Part shown: positions 12,248 to 21,067 of the stretch, piece after piece
Layout of the letters: each line of letters starts with the position of its first letter
How positions within the stretch are numbered: position 1 is the stretch's first letter
Assembly: GCA_036499085.1 (NCBI GenBank)
Contig: DASYEK010000116.1
Span: forward strand, 273-64,272
Length of the DNA stretch: 64,000 nucleotides
Origin: Herbaspirillum sp.
GTDB taxonomy: Bacteria > Pseudomonadota > Gammaproteobacteria > Burkholderiales > Burkholderiaceae_D
Reading direction: 5' to 3'
Program-made: the position numbers and the translations under genes
Notes under the pieces: generated by a model
Seen by the model: only the letters and a program-made list of their open reading frames with translations
Databases searched by the model: none
What the model was told of the DNA's origin: nothing

Positions 12248-12410
12248 ACTTCGCTTCAGGAAGATCTTGTTATACAGATCGTTCCAGTTATCGTTTTCGT
12301 CCAGGAATTCGGTGAATATCCTCGTACGGTGAATCGACAGTCTTGTTGATGGGAATGAAGTCCAGGCCGGCGACCCCTTTCTGCCCGTCCGTCAGCACGT
12401 AATCATAGAA
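12248..12410 (-). pseudogene. Frameshifted C-terminal remnant of a second ABC solute-binding protein
   Basis: Manual translation FYDYVLTDGQKGVAGLDFIPINKTVDSPYED / FTEFLDENDNWNDLYNKIFLK aligns with the C-terminus of the adjacent intact SBP (FYEFILSDDMQR...YVPTSRNVESP...LDNSEKW). Confidence 0.6.
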
Positions 12411-12434
12411 CGGCGTACCGTTCCCGGAATGTTC

Positions 12435-13517
12435 TTATTTGACGCCCTTGATCGTTTTCTTGAAATCCGCAGTCCATTTCTCGCTGTTGTCGAGCGCCTT
12501 GCTGGAATCGATCAGCTTGATCGGTATCTTCTTCAGCGGCGATTCGACGTTGCGGCTGGTCGGCACGTAGCCTCTCTTGCTCATGGCGCGCTGCATGTCG
12601 TCGCTCAGGATGAATTCGTAGAACAGTGTGGCAGCATTCGGATGCGGCGCATGCGCGGCCACGGCGATGCCGTTGGCGCGGGCGATGGCGGGCTCGATCA
12701 CGAACCAGTCGATCGGCGCACCCTTTTGCTTGGACTGTTCCGGCATGTGGCTATAGACGGTCAGCGCCAGCGGCACTTCGCCGGCGGCGACCAGGTTGTT
12801 CAGCAACGAATGGCCGTTGTAGACGGACAGGCCGTTGGTGGCGACCAGGTCGCGGAAGAATTTTAGCCCCGCGGTTTCGCCCATGCCGTCCACCACGGTG
12901 TAAAACCATTCCTCGTTATTGCCTTCAATGCCGAGACGGCCTTTCCACTTCGGATCGAGCAAGTCCTGATAGGTTCTCGGCAATTCGTCCTTGCGCACTG
13001 TGTTGGTGTTGTAGGCCTGGACCCAGACGTCCAGATAATGCGGAGCCCATTTGTGATGCTTCGGCACGGCGCCCGGGATCAGGCCGGCAAAGCTCGGCGA
13101 ACGTACTTCCTGCAAGGCATTTTCACGCGTCAATGCTTCCAGTTCGCCGCTGGCGATCTGGATCGAATCGACGTCGTAGCGCTTCGCCGCCTGCTCCGCC
13201 ATGACGCGTTGCTGCACCTTGTCGTTGGCGGAGCGCCAGACCGTGACCTTGACGCCGTACTTGCGTTCGAACAGGCTGGTCATCAGCGACAAATCGCCAG
13301 CGGCGACCGAGGTATAGAGCGTCAATGCGCCTTCTTTCCTGGCGCCGGCGACCAGGCGCTCCATGCGATCGGGGCCGTCATACATCGCAGCGCTGGCCGT
13401 GGCGGAAGCCGATCCTGCGGTCTGCGCCACTGCCGAAAACGCGGCGCACAGCCCCAGTGCCGATGCACAAGCCAATAAGCAGAACTGGCGTTTTCTCCGC
13501 GGATTTTTCTGATCCAT
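12435..13517 (-). CDS. ABC transporter extracellular solute-binding protein (Fe3+/thiamine/polyamine-like cluster)
   Basis: Signal peptide, ARKEGALTLYTS, LPRTYQDLLDPKWKG, HPNAATLFYEFIL; AAGGAG RBS before ATG at 13517. Confidence 0.85.
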   Translation of the reverse strand: MDQKNPRRKRQFCLLACASALGLCAAFSAVAQTAGSASATASAAMYDGPDRMERLVAGARKEGALTLYTSVAAGDLSLMTSLFERKYGVKVTVWRSANDKVQQRVMAEQAAKRYDVDSIQIASGELEALTRENALQEVRSPSFAGLIPGAVPKHHKWAPHYLDVWVQAYNTNTVRKDELPRTYQDLLDPKWKGRLGIEGNNEEWFYTVVDGMGETAGLKFFRDLVATNGLSVYNGHSLLNNLVAAGEVPLALTVYSHMPEQSKQKGAPIDWFVIEPAIARANGIAVAAHAPHPNAATLFYEFILSDDMQRAMSKRGYVPTSRNVESPLKKIPIKLIDSSKALDNSEKWTADFKKTIKGVK

Positions 13518-13611
13518 TGCTGTCTCCTTGATTTTCATTTTTGATTTATTTTTTCTTGCCATGAAATTGGGCCTGAAGGCCGCGCGCGGCACTGAATGTG
13601 CTCGGCACTGG

Positions 13612-13713
13612 CCGCGATGCCGTCGGTCTCAAGCAGATCAGCGCTATAGCGCGGTGTTTTCGGATTTCTTCCCGATGCTGCGCGAACGCGGCGCCGGCGC
13701 CGACCAGATCGAC
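13612..13713 (+). pseudogene. Possible remnant of a phosphotriesterase-like amidohydrolase C-terminus
   Basis: RDAVGLKQ / YSAVFSDFFPMLRERGAGADQID in two frames resembles the PTE-family C-terminal helix motif; short match. Confidence 0.3.
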
Positions 13714-14137
13714 GGCTATGTCGACGTTGCGCCAGGCATGACTTGCCGGACGGCATGGCGCCCGCGCGTACCGGTGCGGCGCCGTCGAGTGATGGGTCTT
13801 GTCTCCTTTGGTATGTGCAACGACGCGGTTTTTGTCCGACGCCAACGTCAACAGATATATATGATTTATGAATCGATCATAGGATCCGTTATCCGTGCTT
13901 GTCAACAGTTTGGTTCTATATGAAGGAACATTGTCCCTCCTGTCAGAATCAATCTTCTTATTGCTAACGGCAATTTATTTATTGCAGAAGCGCGTAGCCG
14001 CATTGAATGCGGCCTGATGACCTATTCCCTCGTGGTGACGCTGCTTTGTGCGTAATGAGCGGCAAATGCTGAACGGCGGCAATCGCCTGCCAGCCGCTAT
14101 CCGGCATAATATTCAATCCCGTCTCCCCTAGGCAAAA

Positions 14138-15133
14138 ATGCCCATCCACAAAGCCGTCATTCCCCTCCTGCATCGCCAGTCGCGCATATCGTCACGATCG
14201 CTGCCGCCCCGGCCGTCATCGGCTTCGATGTCGCCGGAAGACGCCGTCGCCAGAACACAGGCGCGCGAACAGCGGGACGCGCAGGTTCGCGGCGTGGCGT
14301 CGATACGGGAAATGCGCGAGGCGATCATGCACGCCGCGCGTGAACTGCCGGCGATTTCTTCCGTGCCGCGCATGGGCGCGATCGATGCGGCCGCCTTCCG
14401 CGCTCTCGCCGCGCGAGGCCTGCCGTTCCTGATTACCGGGCTGGTCGATAAATGGCCGCTGTCGGCACTGACGCCGCAAACGCTGCGGGAGCGCTTTGGC
14501 GGACTGCCCGTGCGCGCGCGGGTGGGCGACTATATCAATACCGCCTTCGCGCCCGATCGGGCGATGCAGGATATGTCGCTGCTGGCCTATCTTGAACTTG
14601 TCGGCGATGACAAACAGAATCGAGACCAGGATCAAGACCGGCATCAAGACCGGAACCAGAATCAGGATCGGAATCGCCAGCCGGACCCGCCCCCCTATCT
14701 GGGCAATCTGGCATTGCGCGAATTGAATGCGCTATGTCATTGGCCGGGCTATTTCAGGAAAATGGGACCGCCGCGCTTTTGGCTCGGCCCGCCGGGAACG
14801 GTGACGCCGCTGCATTGCGACTATGACGATAATATCTTCGCGCAGATCTGGGGCGCCAAGCGTATTTTCCTGTCGCCGCCTCACCACGACGAATTCCTGT
14901 ACACGCGCGAGGCCAATGCCCTTTTGTTCGGCTCGCCGTTCAATCCAGAGGCGCCGGATTTCGATCGATTTCCGCTGGCGCGCCAAGCCGCGATGATCGA
15001 ATGCATCGTGCAGGCCGGCGATCTCCTGTACGTGCCGGCCGGTTGGTATCACCAGGTTCGCGCACTGACCTTTTCGCTTTCCGCCAACCGGTGGGCCAGG
15101 GCGCTGCCATTGGCATTGCCGGCGCCAAAATAA
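14138..15133 (+). CDS. JmjC / cupin-like Fe(II)-2OG oxygenase
   Basis: TPLHCDYDD (HxD) and GWYHQV facial triad, FWLGP; start codon uncertain. Confidence 0.85.
   Translation: MPIHKAVIPLLHRQSRISSRSLPPRPSSASMSPEDAVARTQAREQRDAQVRGVASIREMREAIMHAARELPAISSVPRMGAIDAAAFRALAARGLPFLITGLVDKWPLSALTPQTLRERFGGLPVRARVGDYINTAFAPDRAMQDMSLLAYLELVGDDKQNRDQDQDRHQDRNQNQDRNRQPDPPPYLGNLALRELNALCHWPGYFRKMGPPRFWLGPPGTVTPLHCDYDDNIFAQIWGAKRIFLSPPHHDEFLYTREANALLFGSPFNPEAPDFDRFPLARQAAMIECIVQAGDLLYVPAGWYHQVRALTFSLSANRWARALPLALPAPK
14615..14686 (+). repeat. Six imperfect 12-nt tandem units encoding QNRD/QDQD/RHQD/RNQN/QDRN/RQPD in the JmjC gene
   Basis: cagaatcgagac caggatcaagac cggcatcaagac cggaaccagaat caggatcggaat cgccagccggac. 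Confidence 0.7.
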
Positions 15134-15228
15134 GGCATGGCGTTTCCATTTTTGGCGTTTGCCAGCAGAGTGTTGGATAAGTCGTCAGAATACGCAGTCT
15201 TTTACATGTCCTGCGCCATTCTTTTTTC

Positions 15229-16464
15229 ATGAACAAAACCGCGAATCATCCCCGTTTCCTGATATTTTTCATTTGCATGCTGGCCTCCGCGGGCCAGCTG
15301 GCGATCGATATTTACGTTCCCGCGCTGCCGACCATGGCGAATTTCTTCCAGACTTCGGCGCAGGCGATCCAGTCCAGCGTGTCGATTTACCTGGCGGCCT
15401 ATGCAGTCGGGCAACTGGTCTTCGGCCCCCTGGCGGACGCCTACGGCCGCAAAAAGGTGCTGGCGCTGGGATTGGCCGTCTTCACCTGCGGCTGCCTGCT
15501 CAGCCTGGCTGCCGGCAATCTGGAGACCTTTATCCTGGCGCGCTGCCTGCAAGGCTTCGGCATAGCAGCCACCAATCTGCTGGCCAAGGCAATCATCACC
15601 GATACCTTTTCGGGCCAGGCGCTGATGCATGTATTCACTTATACGGCCACCGCATGGGGGCTGGCGCCGATCCTGGCGCCTGTCATCGGGGCGCATCTGC
15701 AAACGGCGTTCGGCTGGCGTTCCTGCCTGACTTTCCTGCTGATCTATTCGCTGGTGATGTGGGTTTTGCTGTGGCGCTACCGGGAAACGCTGAAGCATCC
15801 GGTTCACCTGCATCCGAAAACGCTGGTCAAGAACGCCGGCATGGTGCTGGCGAGCCCTGTTTTCCAAAGCTGTTTCCTGGCGCAAGGGCTGTGCTACAGC
15901 ATTCTTCTGGTGTTCAACATCGTCGGGCCGTTCATTGTGCAAAACACCCTGCACAAGCCGCCGACCTATTTCGGCTACATGGCGCTGGCAATCGGGCTGA
16001 TGTATTTCCTGGGCGGGATTTCCAACCGGCTGCACCATCCCGGCTTACCCACGCCGGAACAACGGCTTCGCATCGGCGCGCGCGTCATGACAGGCGGGGC
16101 GGTCGTCATGCTGATTCTTGCGGTAACAATCGGCCTGAACGTATGGACCCTGATGTGTCCGGTGCTGCTGATGGGATTGTGCGCCGGCGCCATGTATCCG
16201 ACGCTGATGGCCAAGGGCAATTCGATTTTTCCCCATATCGCCGGGCTGACGAGCGCCATCCTCGGATTCGCGCTGCTGCTGGTGTCATCGGTGATGATGG
16301 GGCTGGCCGGCTTCATACCGTTCCACAGCTTGACCCCGGTGGCGGTCTTCTTCGTTATCCTGGGCTTTACCGTCATGAGTACGACAGGCAAATTCCTGCA
16401 TCACTACGAGCAGTCGGTCGAGCCTGTCGATTCGGATGGCCTCAAGGCGACCGGCGCGCGGTGA
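15229..16464 (+). CDS. MFS multidrug efflux transporter, Bcr/CflA (DHA1) type
   Basis: IDIYVPALP, GPLADAYGRKKV, APILAPVIG, RETL motifs; about 12 TM segments. Confidence 0.9.
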   Translation: MNKTANHPRFLIFFICMLASAGQLAIDIYVPALPTMANFFQTSAQAIQSSVSIYLAAYAVGQLVFGPLADAYGRKKVLALGLAVFTCGCLLSLAAGNLETFILARCLQGFGIAATNLLAKAIITDTFSGQALMHVFTYTATAWGLAPILAPVIGAHLQTAFGWRSCLTFLLIYSLVMWVLLWRYRETLKHPVHLHPKTLVKNAGMVLASPVFQSCFLAQGLCYSILLVFNIVGPFIVQNTLHKPPTYFGYMALAIGLMYFLGGISNRLHHPGLPTPEQRLRIGARVMTGGAVVMLILAVTIGLNVWTLMCPVLLMGLCAGAMYPTLMAKGNSIFPHIAGLTSAILGFALLLVSSVMMGLAGFIPFHSLTPVAVFFVILGFTVMSTTGKFLHHYEQSVEPVDSDGLKATGAR

Positions 16465-16505
16465 TGCGCGGGTCGTTACCGTAATGAACCGCTCTCGAAC
16501 GGCTG

Positions 16506-16754
16506 TTACCGGTAAAAAGCTTCGACCTTGCCTTTTACCTTGATCGTCAAGGGACGGCCTTTGCGGTCCAGCGCCTTGCCGGCCGGGACGCTGATCCATC
16601 CCTCGCTGATGCAATATTCGTCGACGTCGAAGCGTTCCTTGTCATTCAGCTTGATGCCGACATCGTGTTCGAAGATGGCGGCATCGTAGTGCGGGCTGCG
16701 GGGATCGATCGAGAGCCGATCGGGGAGCGGGGGGCGGTTTAAGGTATCGTTCAT
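16506..16754 (-). CDS. DUF3297 family protein
   Basis: LPDRLSIDPRSPHY...VDEYCISEGW...KGKVEAFY signature. Confidence 0.85.
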   Translation of the reverse strand: MNDTLNRPPLPDRLSIDPRSPHYDAAIFEHDVGIKLNDKERFDVDEYCISEGWISVPAGKALDRKGRPLTIKVKGKVEAFYR

Positions 16755-16901
16755 GGCGGCAATTATCGACGATAAGCCGCCTCAAAACAATTTTTTTGCC
16801 CGGTTTCGCCGAATTGCCCGCCGGCAGTCGCCCGGGGCCGGCGCGCATTCCCGGGGCGCCGGTGCGGCCGACCGATCGGCTGATCAGTCGATCGGCGGTA
16901 C

Positions 16902-17846
16902 TCAGGCCGATCCGGCGATGCAGTTGCGCCCGCGCTGCTTGGCCAGGTACAGGCGGCGATCCACCTCGCTGAGGAAGCCGCTCATGTCGTCGCCATGGAC
17001 CGGCACGATGCTGCCGATCCCCATGCTGAAGGTCACGCTCGGGCCGATCGCCGACGCGGCATGCGCAATGGCGGCGTCCGACAGCATCTGGCGGCAGCGC
17101 TGCGCCACCATCGATGCGGCGGCTTCGTCGGCTTCGGGCAGGACCAGCACGAATTCCTCGCCGCCGAAACGCGCCACGAAATCGCGCGGACGGTACAGTG
17201 CCGCGCTCAATACCTGCGCCACTTTCCGGAGGCAAGCGTCGCCCTCGATATGGCCGTAGTGATCGTTGTATTGCTTGAAGTAATCGATATCGATCATGAC
17301 CAGGGACAGCGGCACGCCTTGGCGCAGCGCGTTATTCCATTCCACCGCCGCCATGGCATCGAAGCGGCGCCGATTGGCCACGCCCGTCAGGCCGTCCTTG
17401 AACGACAGTTCTTCCAATTCCTTCTGCAGGGCTTCCAGTTTGGCCTCGTTGCGCTTGCGCTCGTCGATATCGAACATGAAGCCGATCAGCGCCTCGACCT
17501 CGCCGGCGGCATTGCGCGTCACGTGCACCACATCGCGGATCCAGACATAGCGTCCGTCCTTGGTCAGCGCGCGGTAATCGGCTTCATGGTCGGTGCCGGC
17601 CTGCGACTGCGCCACGCAGAAATTGACGATGCGTTCGCGCTCCTCTTCATGGATGCGGCTGGCCCAGTCCTGGGCGGAAACCCAGCTAGCCGCCGACCAG
17701 CCCAGCACGCCTTCGATCTGCGGGCCGATATAGGTGAATTGCATGGTCTTCCAGTCGATGCGCCAGGGAATCGCGTTGGTGGATTCCAGCAAGGTCTTGT
17801 AGACCGCGCTGTCGATTTCGTTGGGGGTATTATCTTGAGCGGGCAT
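16902..17846 (-). CDS. PAS-GGDEF diguanylate cyclase
   Basis: PAS (YIGPQIEGVLGW...YRALTKDGRYVWIRD), DGLTGVANRR, DIDYFKQYNDHYGH, RPRD I-site, GGEEF. Confidence 0.9.
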   Translation of the reverse strand: MPAQDNTPNEIDSAVYKTLLESTNAIPWRIDWKTMQFTYIGPQIEGVLGWSAASWVSAQDWASRIHEEERERIVNFCVAQSQAGTDHEADYRALTKDGRYVWIRDVVHVTRNAAGEVEALIGFMFDIDERKRNEAKLEALQKELEELSFKDGLTGVANRRRFDAMAAVEWNNALRQGVPLSLVMIDIDYFKQYNDHYGHIEGDACLRKVAQVLSAALYRPRDFVARFGGEEFVLVLPEADEAAASMVAQRCRQMLSDAAIAHAASAIGPSVTFSMGIGSIVPVHGDDMSGFLSEVDRRLYLAKQRGRNCIAGSA

Positions 17847-18045
17847 GAATTGCGTCTTGAAATTGCATCCGGTAATGAGTGGGGGTCGCACCTCTTTGAT
17901 GCACTTCGGATAATGTAACACCGGATAAGCGCCAGGAAAATCAATTCGGCTGGCCTGCTATCATCGCCAGTCGGCAGCTTGGCGATGCCGACCGCCTGGG
18001 GTCCAGGCGGCCCGCCGCCGTAACGACATCATGGAAGAAACCGCA

Positions 18046-18354
18046 ATGACCGAAGCGATCGAAATCACCACCTTCAAACTGGCCAAAGGGCATACCTGCG
18101 ACGATTTCGTGGCGGGCAATGCGGACGTGGACAAATGGCTGGCGCGCCAGCCTGGATTCCGCGCGCGCCGCATCGCGCAACGCGAGGACGGCGTCATTGT
18201 CGATATGCTGATATGGGCATCGGCGGACGATGCCGTGTCGGCCATGCACCGGCTGATGGACGAGCTGCGCGACAGCCCGGTGCATGCCATGATCAACCAG
18301 AAAACGGTGGCGTGGACGGTATCGTCCGTTTTTCATGCGGTCGACGCCGCATAG
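18046..18354 (+). CDS. Small dimeric alpha-beta barrel (ABM-like) hypothetical protein
   Basis: EITTFKL...WLARQPGFRARR...DMLIW pattern. Confidence 0.6.
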   Translation: MTEAIEITTFKLAKGHTCDDFVAGNADVDKWLARQPGFRARRIAQREDGVIVDMLIWASADDAVSAMHRLMDELRDSPVHAMINQKTVAWTVSSVFHAVDAA

Positions 18355-18357
18355 CGA

Positions 18358-18837
18358 TCAGCCGCGCCGGGCCGCCTCGATTGCGGCGATGTCGATTTTC
18401 TTCATCGTCATCATGGCGTCGAATGCGCGCTTGGCGGCAGCCCGATCGGGGTCGGTATACGCAGCGGTGAGCGCGCGCGGCGTAATCTGCCAAGACAATC
18501 CCCATTTATCCTTGCACCAGCCGCATTCGCTTTCCTGGCCGCCGTTGCCGACAATCGCATTCCACAGGCGATCCGTTTCGGCCTGGTCGTCGGTTGCCAC
18601 CTGGAACGAAAAGGCCTCGCTGTGCTTGAACGCCGCGCCGCCATTCAGGCCGAGGCAGGGAATGCCCATCACCGTGAACTCGACCGTCAGGACATTGCCT
18701 TCCTTGCCCGCCGGATAATCCCCTGGCGCGCGATGGACCGCGCCCACGGCGCTATCCGGAAACGTCTTTGCATAGAATGTCGCCGCTTCCAGTGCTGCAT
18801 CCTCGTACCAGAGGCAAATCGTGTTCTTGCTGACCAT
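18358..18837 (-). CDS. VOC / PhnB-like (3-demethylubiquinone-9 3-methyltransferase family) protein
   Basis: ICLWY, LNGG, SFQV, ECGWCKDKWGLSWQITP; AAGGAG RBS. Confidence 0.9.
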   Translation of the reverse strand: MVSKNTICLWYEDAALEAATFYAKTFPDSAVGAVHRAPGDYPAGKEGNVLTVEFTVMGIPCLGLNGGAAFKHSEAFSFQVATDDQAETDRLWNAIVGNGGQESECGWCKDKWGLSWQITPRALTAAYTDPDRAAAKRAFDAMMTMKKIDIAAIEAARRG

Positions 18838-19043
18838 TTTGGTTCTCCTTGAAAGCGTGCCGGAAGAATTTCCGGCGCGTCGGCTGGCGATATCGGGATG
18901 AATCGTGCATGGACGCCATTCTATGCCTGTTCTTGTTTTGGTAAAGATGCGTAAAGAGGCGCTGGCGGCGGCCGGTGCCTGGAATTTCCGCGATATCCGG
19001 GATGTAGAATGCCCCGTCTCGAAAAAATTCCAAAAAATAAAAA

Positions 19044-20063
19044 ATGGGGAAGCGAATGTTCTATTCATCGTGGATGCGCGGCGGCAAAACTCTGTCCATT
19101 CTGTCCAGGCTGTGCGTGTGGTTGCTGCTGGGCGCGACGCTGGGCCTGGCCGGATGTGCGGTATCGGTAAAGAAGTCGGATGACAGCGCACTGAAAATCA
19201 ACAAGGCATCGCGCAAACAGATCACGATGAACGTGACCGGTTCCCAGACCGCGACCGCCTCCAAGGACTGGCAACTGATGAGCGATGCGCTGCGCGACGC
19301 GATGGCGAGCGCGGCGTCGGCGATCGACGCCACCTTTTCGCTGCAGAAGGGAAAACCGCGGCCTACCGGACAGACCGGCACCCTGCTGGTCGTGGACATC
19401 AAGGATTTCCGCTATCTTTCCGAGACCGCGCGCTATCTGGCCGGGATCATGACCGGCAATGCCTTTGTCGACGCTTCCGTGCAGTTCAAGGATTTGCGCA
19501 CCGGGACAGCCATCGGCGAGCGGACCTTCAACACGTCTTCCAGCGCCTGGGAGGGCATCTTTTCCGCGATGACGGACAAGCAGGTTCGGGCGATCGCCAC
19601 GGAGATCGCCGACGAGATTCATCAGAGCAGCGACGCGCCGGCGCCGGCAGGCGCGGCCGCGGTCGACAGCCTTGCCGGCGGCGAAGAAAGCGCGGGAGCT
19701 GCCGCGCCGCAGGCAAGCGTGCCTGCCGTGCAATGGCGCGGCCTGATGGCTTGCGATGCGCGCAAGGACAGCGGCGCGACCGCCGCTGCCTACCAGGCGA
19801 AATTCGACATGGAGGTGGCCGGCTCGGCGGTCACCCTGCATAGGCAGAATGCAAATGTCAGGGAAACGCTGTCCGGCGATATCGAAGACGGCGCGGTCGA
19901 TTTGCACGGCATCGGCTATCGGCTGGCGAATAAATCCAAAATGTGGCAACTCAGAATACAGGGCGCATTCCTGCCGGACGGCAATACCTTTTCAGGCAAG
20001 GGCAATATGCTGCTTGGCGCCAAGCCGATCCGGAATTGCGACCTGACCATGGTGAAGAACTAG
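19044..20063 (+). CDS. DUF4410-like lipoprotein with additional C-terminal beta-rich domain
   Basis: LAGC lipobox; FRYLSETARYLAGIMTGNAFVDASV motif; Ala/Pro linker then second domain; start uncertain. Confidence 0.6.
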   Translation: MGKRMFYSSWMRGGKTLSILSRLCVWLLLGATLGLAGCAVSVKKSDDSALKINKASRKQITMNVTGSQTATASKDWQLMSDALRDAMASAASAIDATFSLQKGKPRPTGQTGTLLVVDIKDFRYLSETARYLAGIMTGNAFVDASVQFKDLRTGTAIGERTFNTSSSAWEGIFSAMTDKQVRAIATEIADEIHQSSDAPAPAGAAAVDSLAGGEESAGAAAPQASVPAVQWRGLMACDARKDSGATAAAYQAKFDMEVAGSAVTLHRQNANVRETLSGDIEDGAVDLHGIGYRLANKSKMWQLRIQGAFLPDGNTFSGKGNMLLGAKPIRNCDLTMVKN

Positions 20064-20126
20064 GCATCGCCCGACCTCCGGTATCATCGGATCTTTCCAT
20101 TATCCAGAAGATGCAAGGAGGCAGGT

Positions 20127-20678
20127 TTGACTTCTCTTCCCTCGGCCCGCGAGGTCGTCGACTATTGGCGCGAAGCCGGCTTGAAGAAACGGTGGTTTTC
20201 CAAGGATGCCGCTTTCGACGCCGACTTCAAGGCGCGTTTCGAAGCAGCGCATCATGCCGCCGCCAGAGGCGAACTCGACGGCTGGTCGGCGCATGCCGAA
20301 GGCGCCCTGGCGCTGGCGATATTGCTCGACCAGTTTCCGCGTAATGCCTATCGCGACAGCGGCCATATGTTCGCGACCGACGGCAAGGCATTGGCGGTGG
20401 CGGATGCCGCGATCGCCGCCGGCCTGGACATGGCATTCGATCCCGCTCTCCGTTCCTTTTTCTATATGCCGTTCATGCATTCGGAATCGCCGGCTGCGCA
20501 GGATCGTTCGGTCCAGTTGTGCGGCAGCCTCGGCCAGGCCGACACGCTGCGTTTTGCCATCCTGCATCGCGATATCGTCCAGCGCTTCGGCCGCTTTCCG
20601 CATCGCAATGCGGCATTGGGGCGCGATGCCACGGCGGAAGAACAGGCCTTTCTGGACGGCGGCGGTTTTTCGGGCTGA
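20127..20678 (+). CDS. DUF924 family protein
   Basis: WF-KD...LLDQFPRN...FFYMPFMHSE...RFGRFPHRN..LGR; TTG start after AAGGAG. Confidence 0.9.
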   Translation: MTSLPSAREVVDYWREAGLKKRWFSKDAAFDADFKARFEAAHHAAARGELDGWSAHAEGALALAILLDQFPRNAYRDSGHMFATDGKALAVADAAIAAGLDMAFDPALRSFFYMPFMHSESPAAQDRSVQLCGSLGQADTLRFAILHRDIVQRFGRFPHRNAALGRDATAEEQAFLDGGGFSG

Positions 20679-20704
20679 AGCGGCGTCGCATGGCGGCGCG
20701 CGCC

Positions 20705-21055
20705 TCAGTCGGGCCGGTCCGCCTGCCACGCCGCCCGGAAGCAGCAGGCCGCCGCGGCGATCGTCGCGATCGCCAGCAGATACGCCAGGTTTTTTCCTTG
20801 CAACAGATCGTGCAGCTTGCGCTTGTAGGCAGCGGTGATGAGCGCGGCATTGCCGCCATATTTGCGGAGCATGTCGGCGTCTTCCTTGGTGTCCGCGTCT
20901 TGCGACACATATACCTGGTCGCCGACAATATGATAATGCGCCGCCTCGCTCTCGAACGCTCGCGTCCTGATGTCGTAGGCGATGGAAAGGCCGACGATCA
21001 GAACGACCATGCCGAGCACGGTGAGCCAGAGTCTCGACGATGAAAATCCGCGCAT
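20705..21055 (-). CDS. Hypothetical membrane protein (2 TM), third gene of DUF3142 operon
   Basis: Hydrophobic N- and C-terminal segments; GGGAGG RBS 13 bp after upstream stop. Confidence 0.6.
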   Translation of the reverse strand: MRGFSSSRLWLTVLGMVVLIVGLSIAYDIRTRAFESEAAHYHIVGDQVYVSQDADTKEDADMLRKYGGNAALITAAYKRKLHDLLQGKNLAYLLAIATIAAAACCFRAAWQADRPD

Positions 21056-21067
21056 GCTTTCCTCCCT

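Noticed and set aside
14615-14686. CRISPR-like or mobile-element repeats (also 24499-24558, 31354-31415)
   Set aside because: Short contiguous tandem units without spacers; no cas genes
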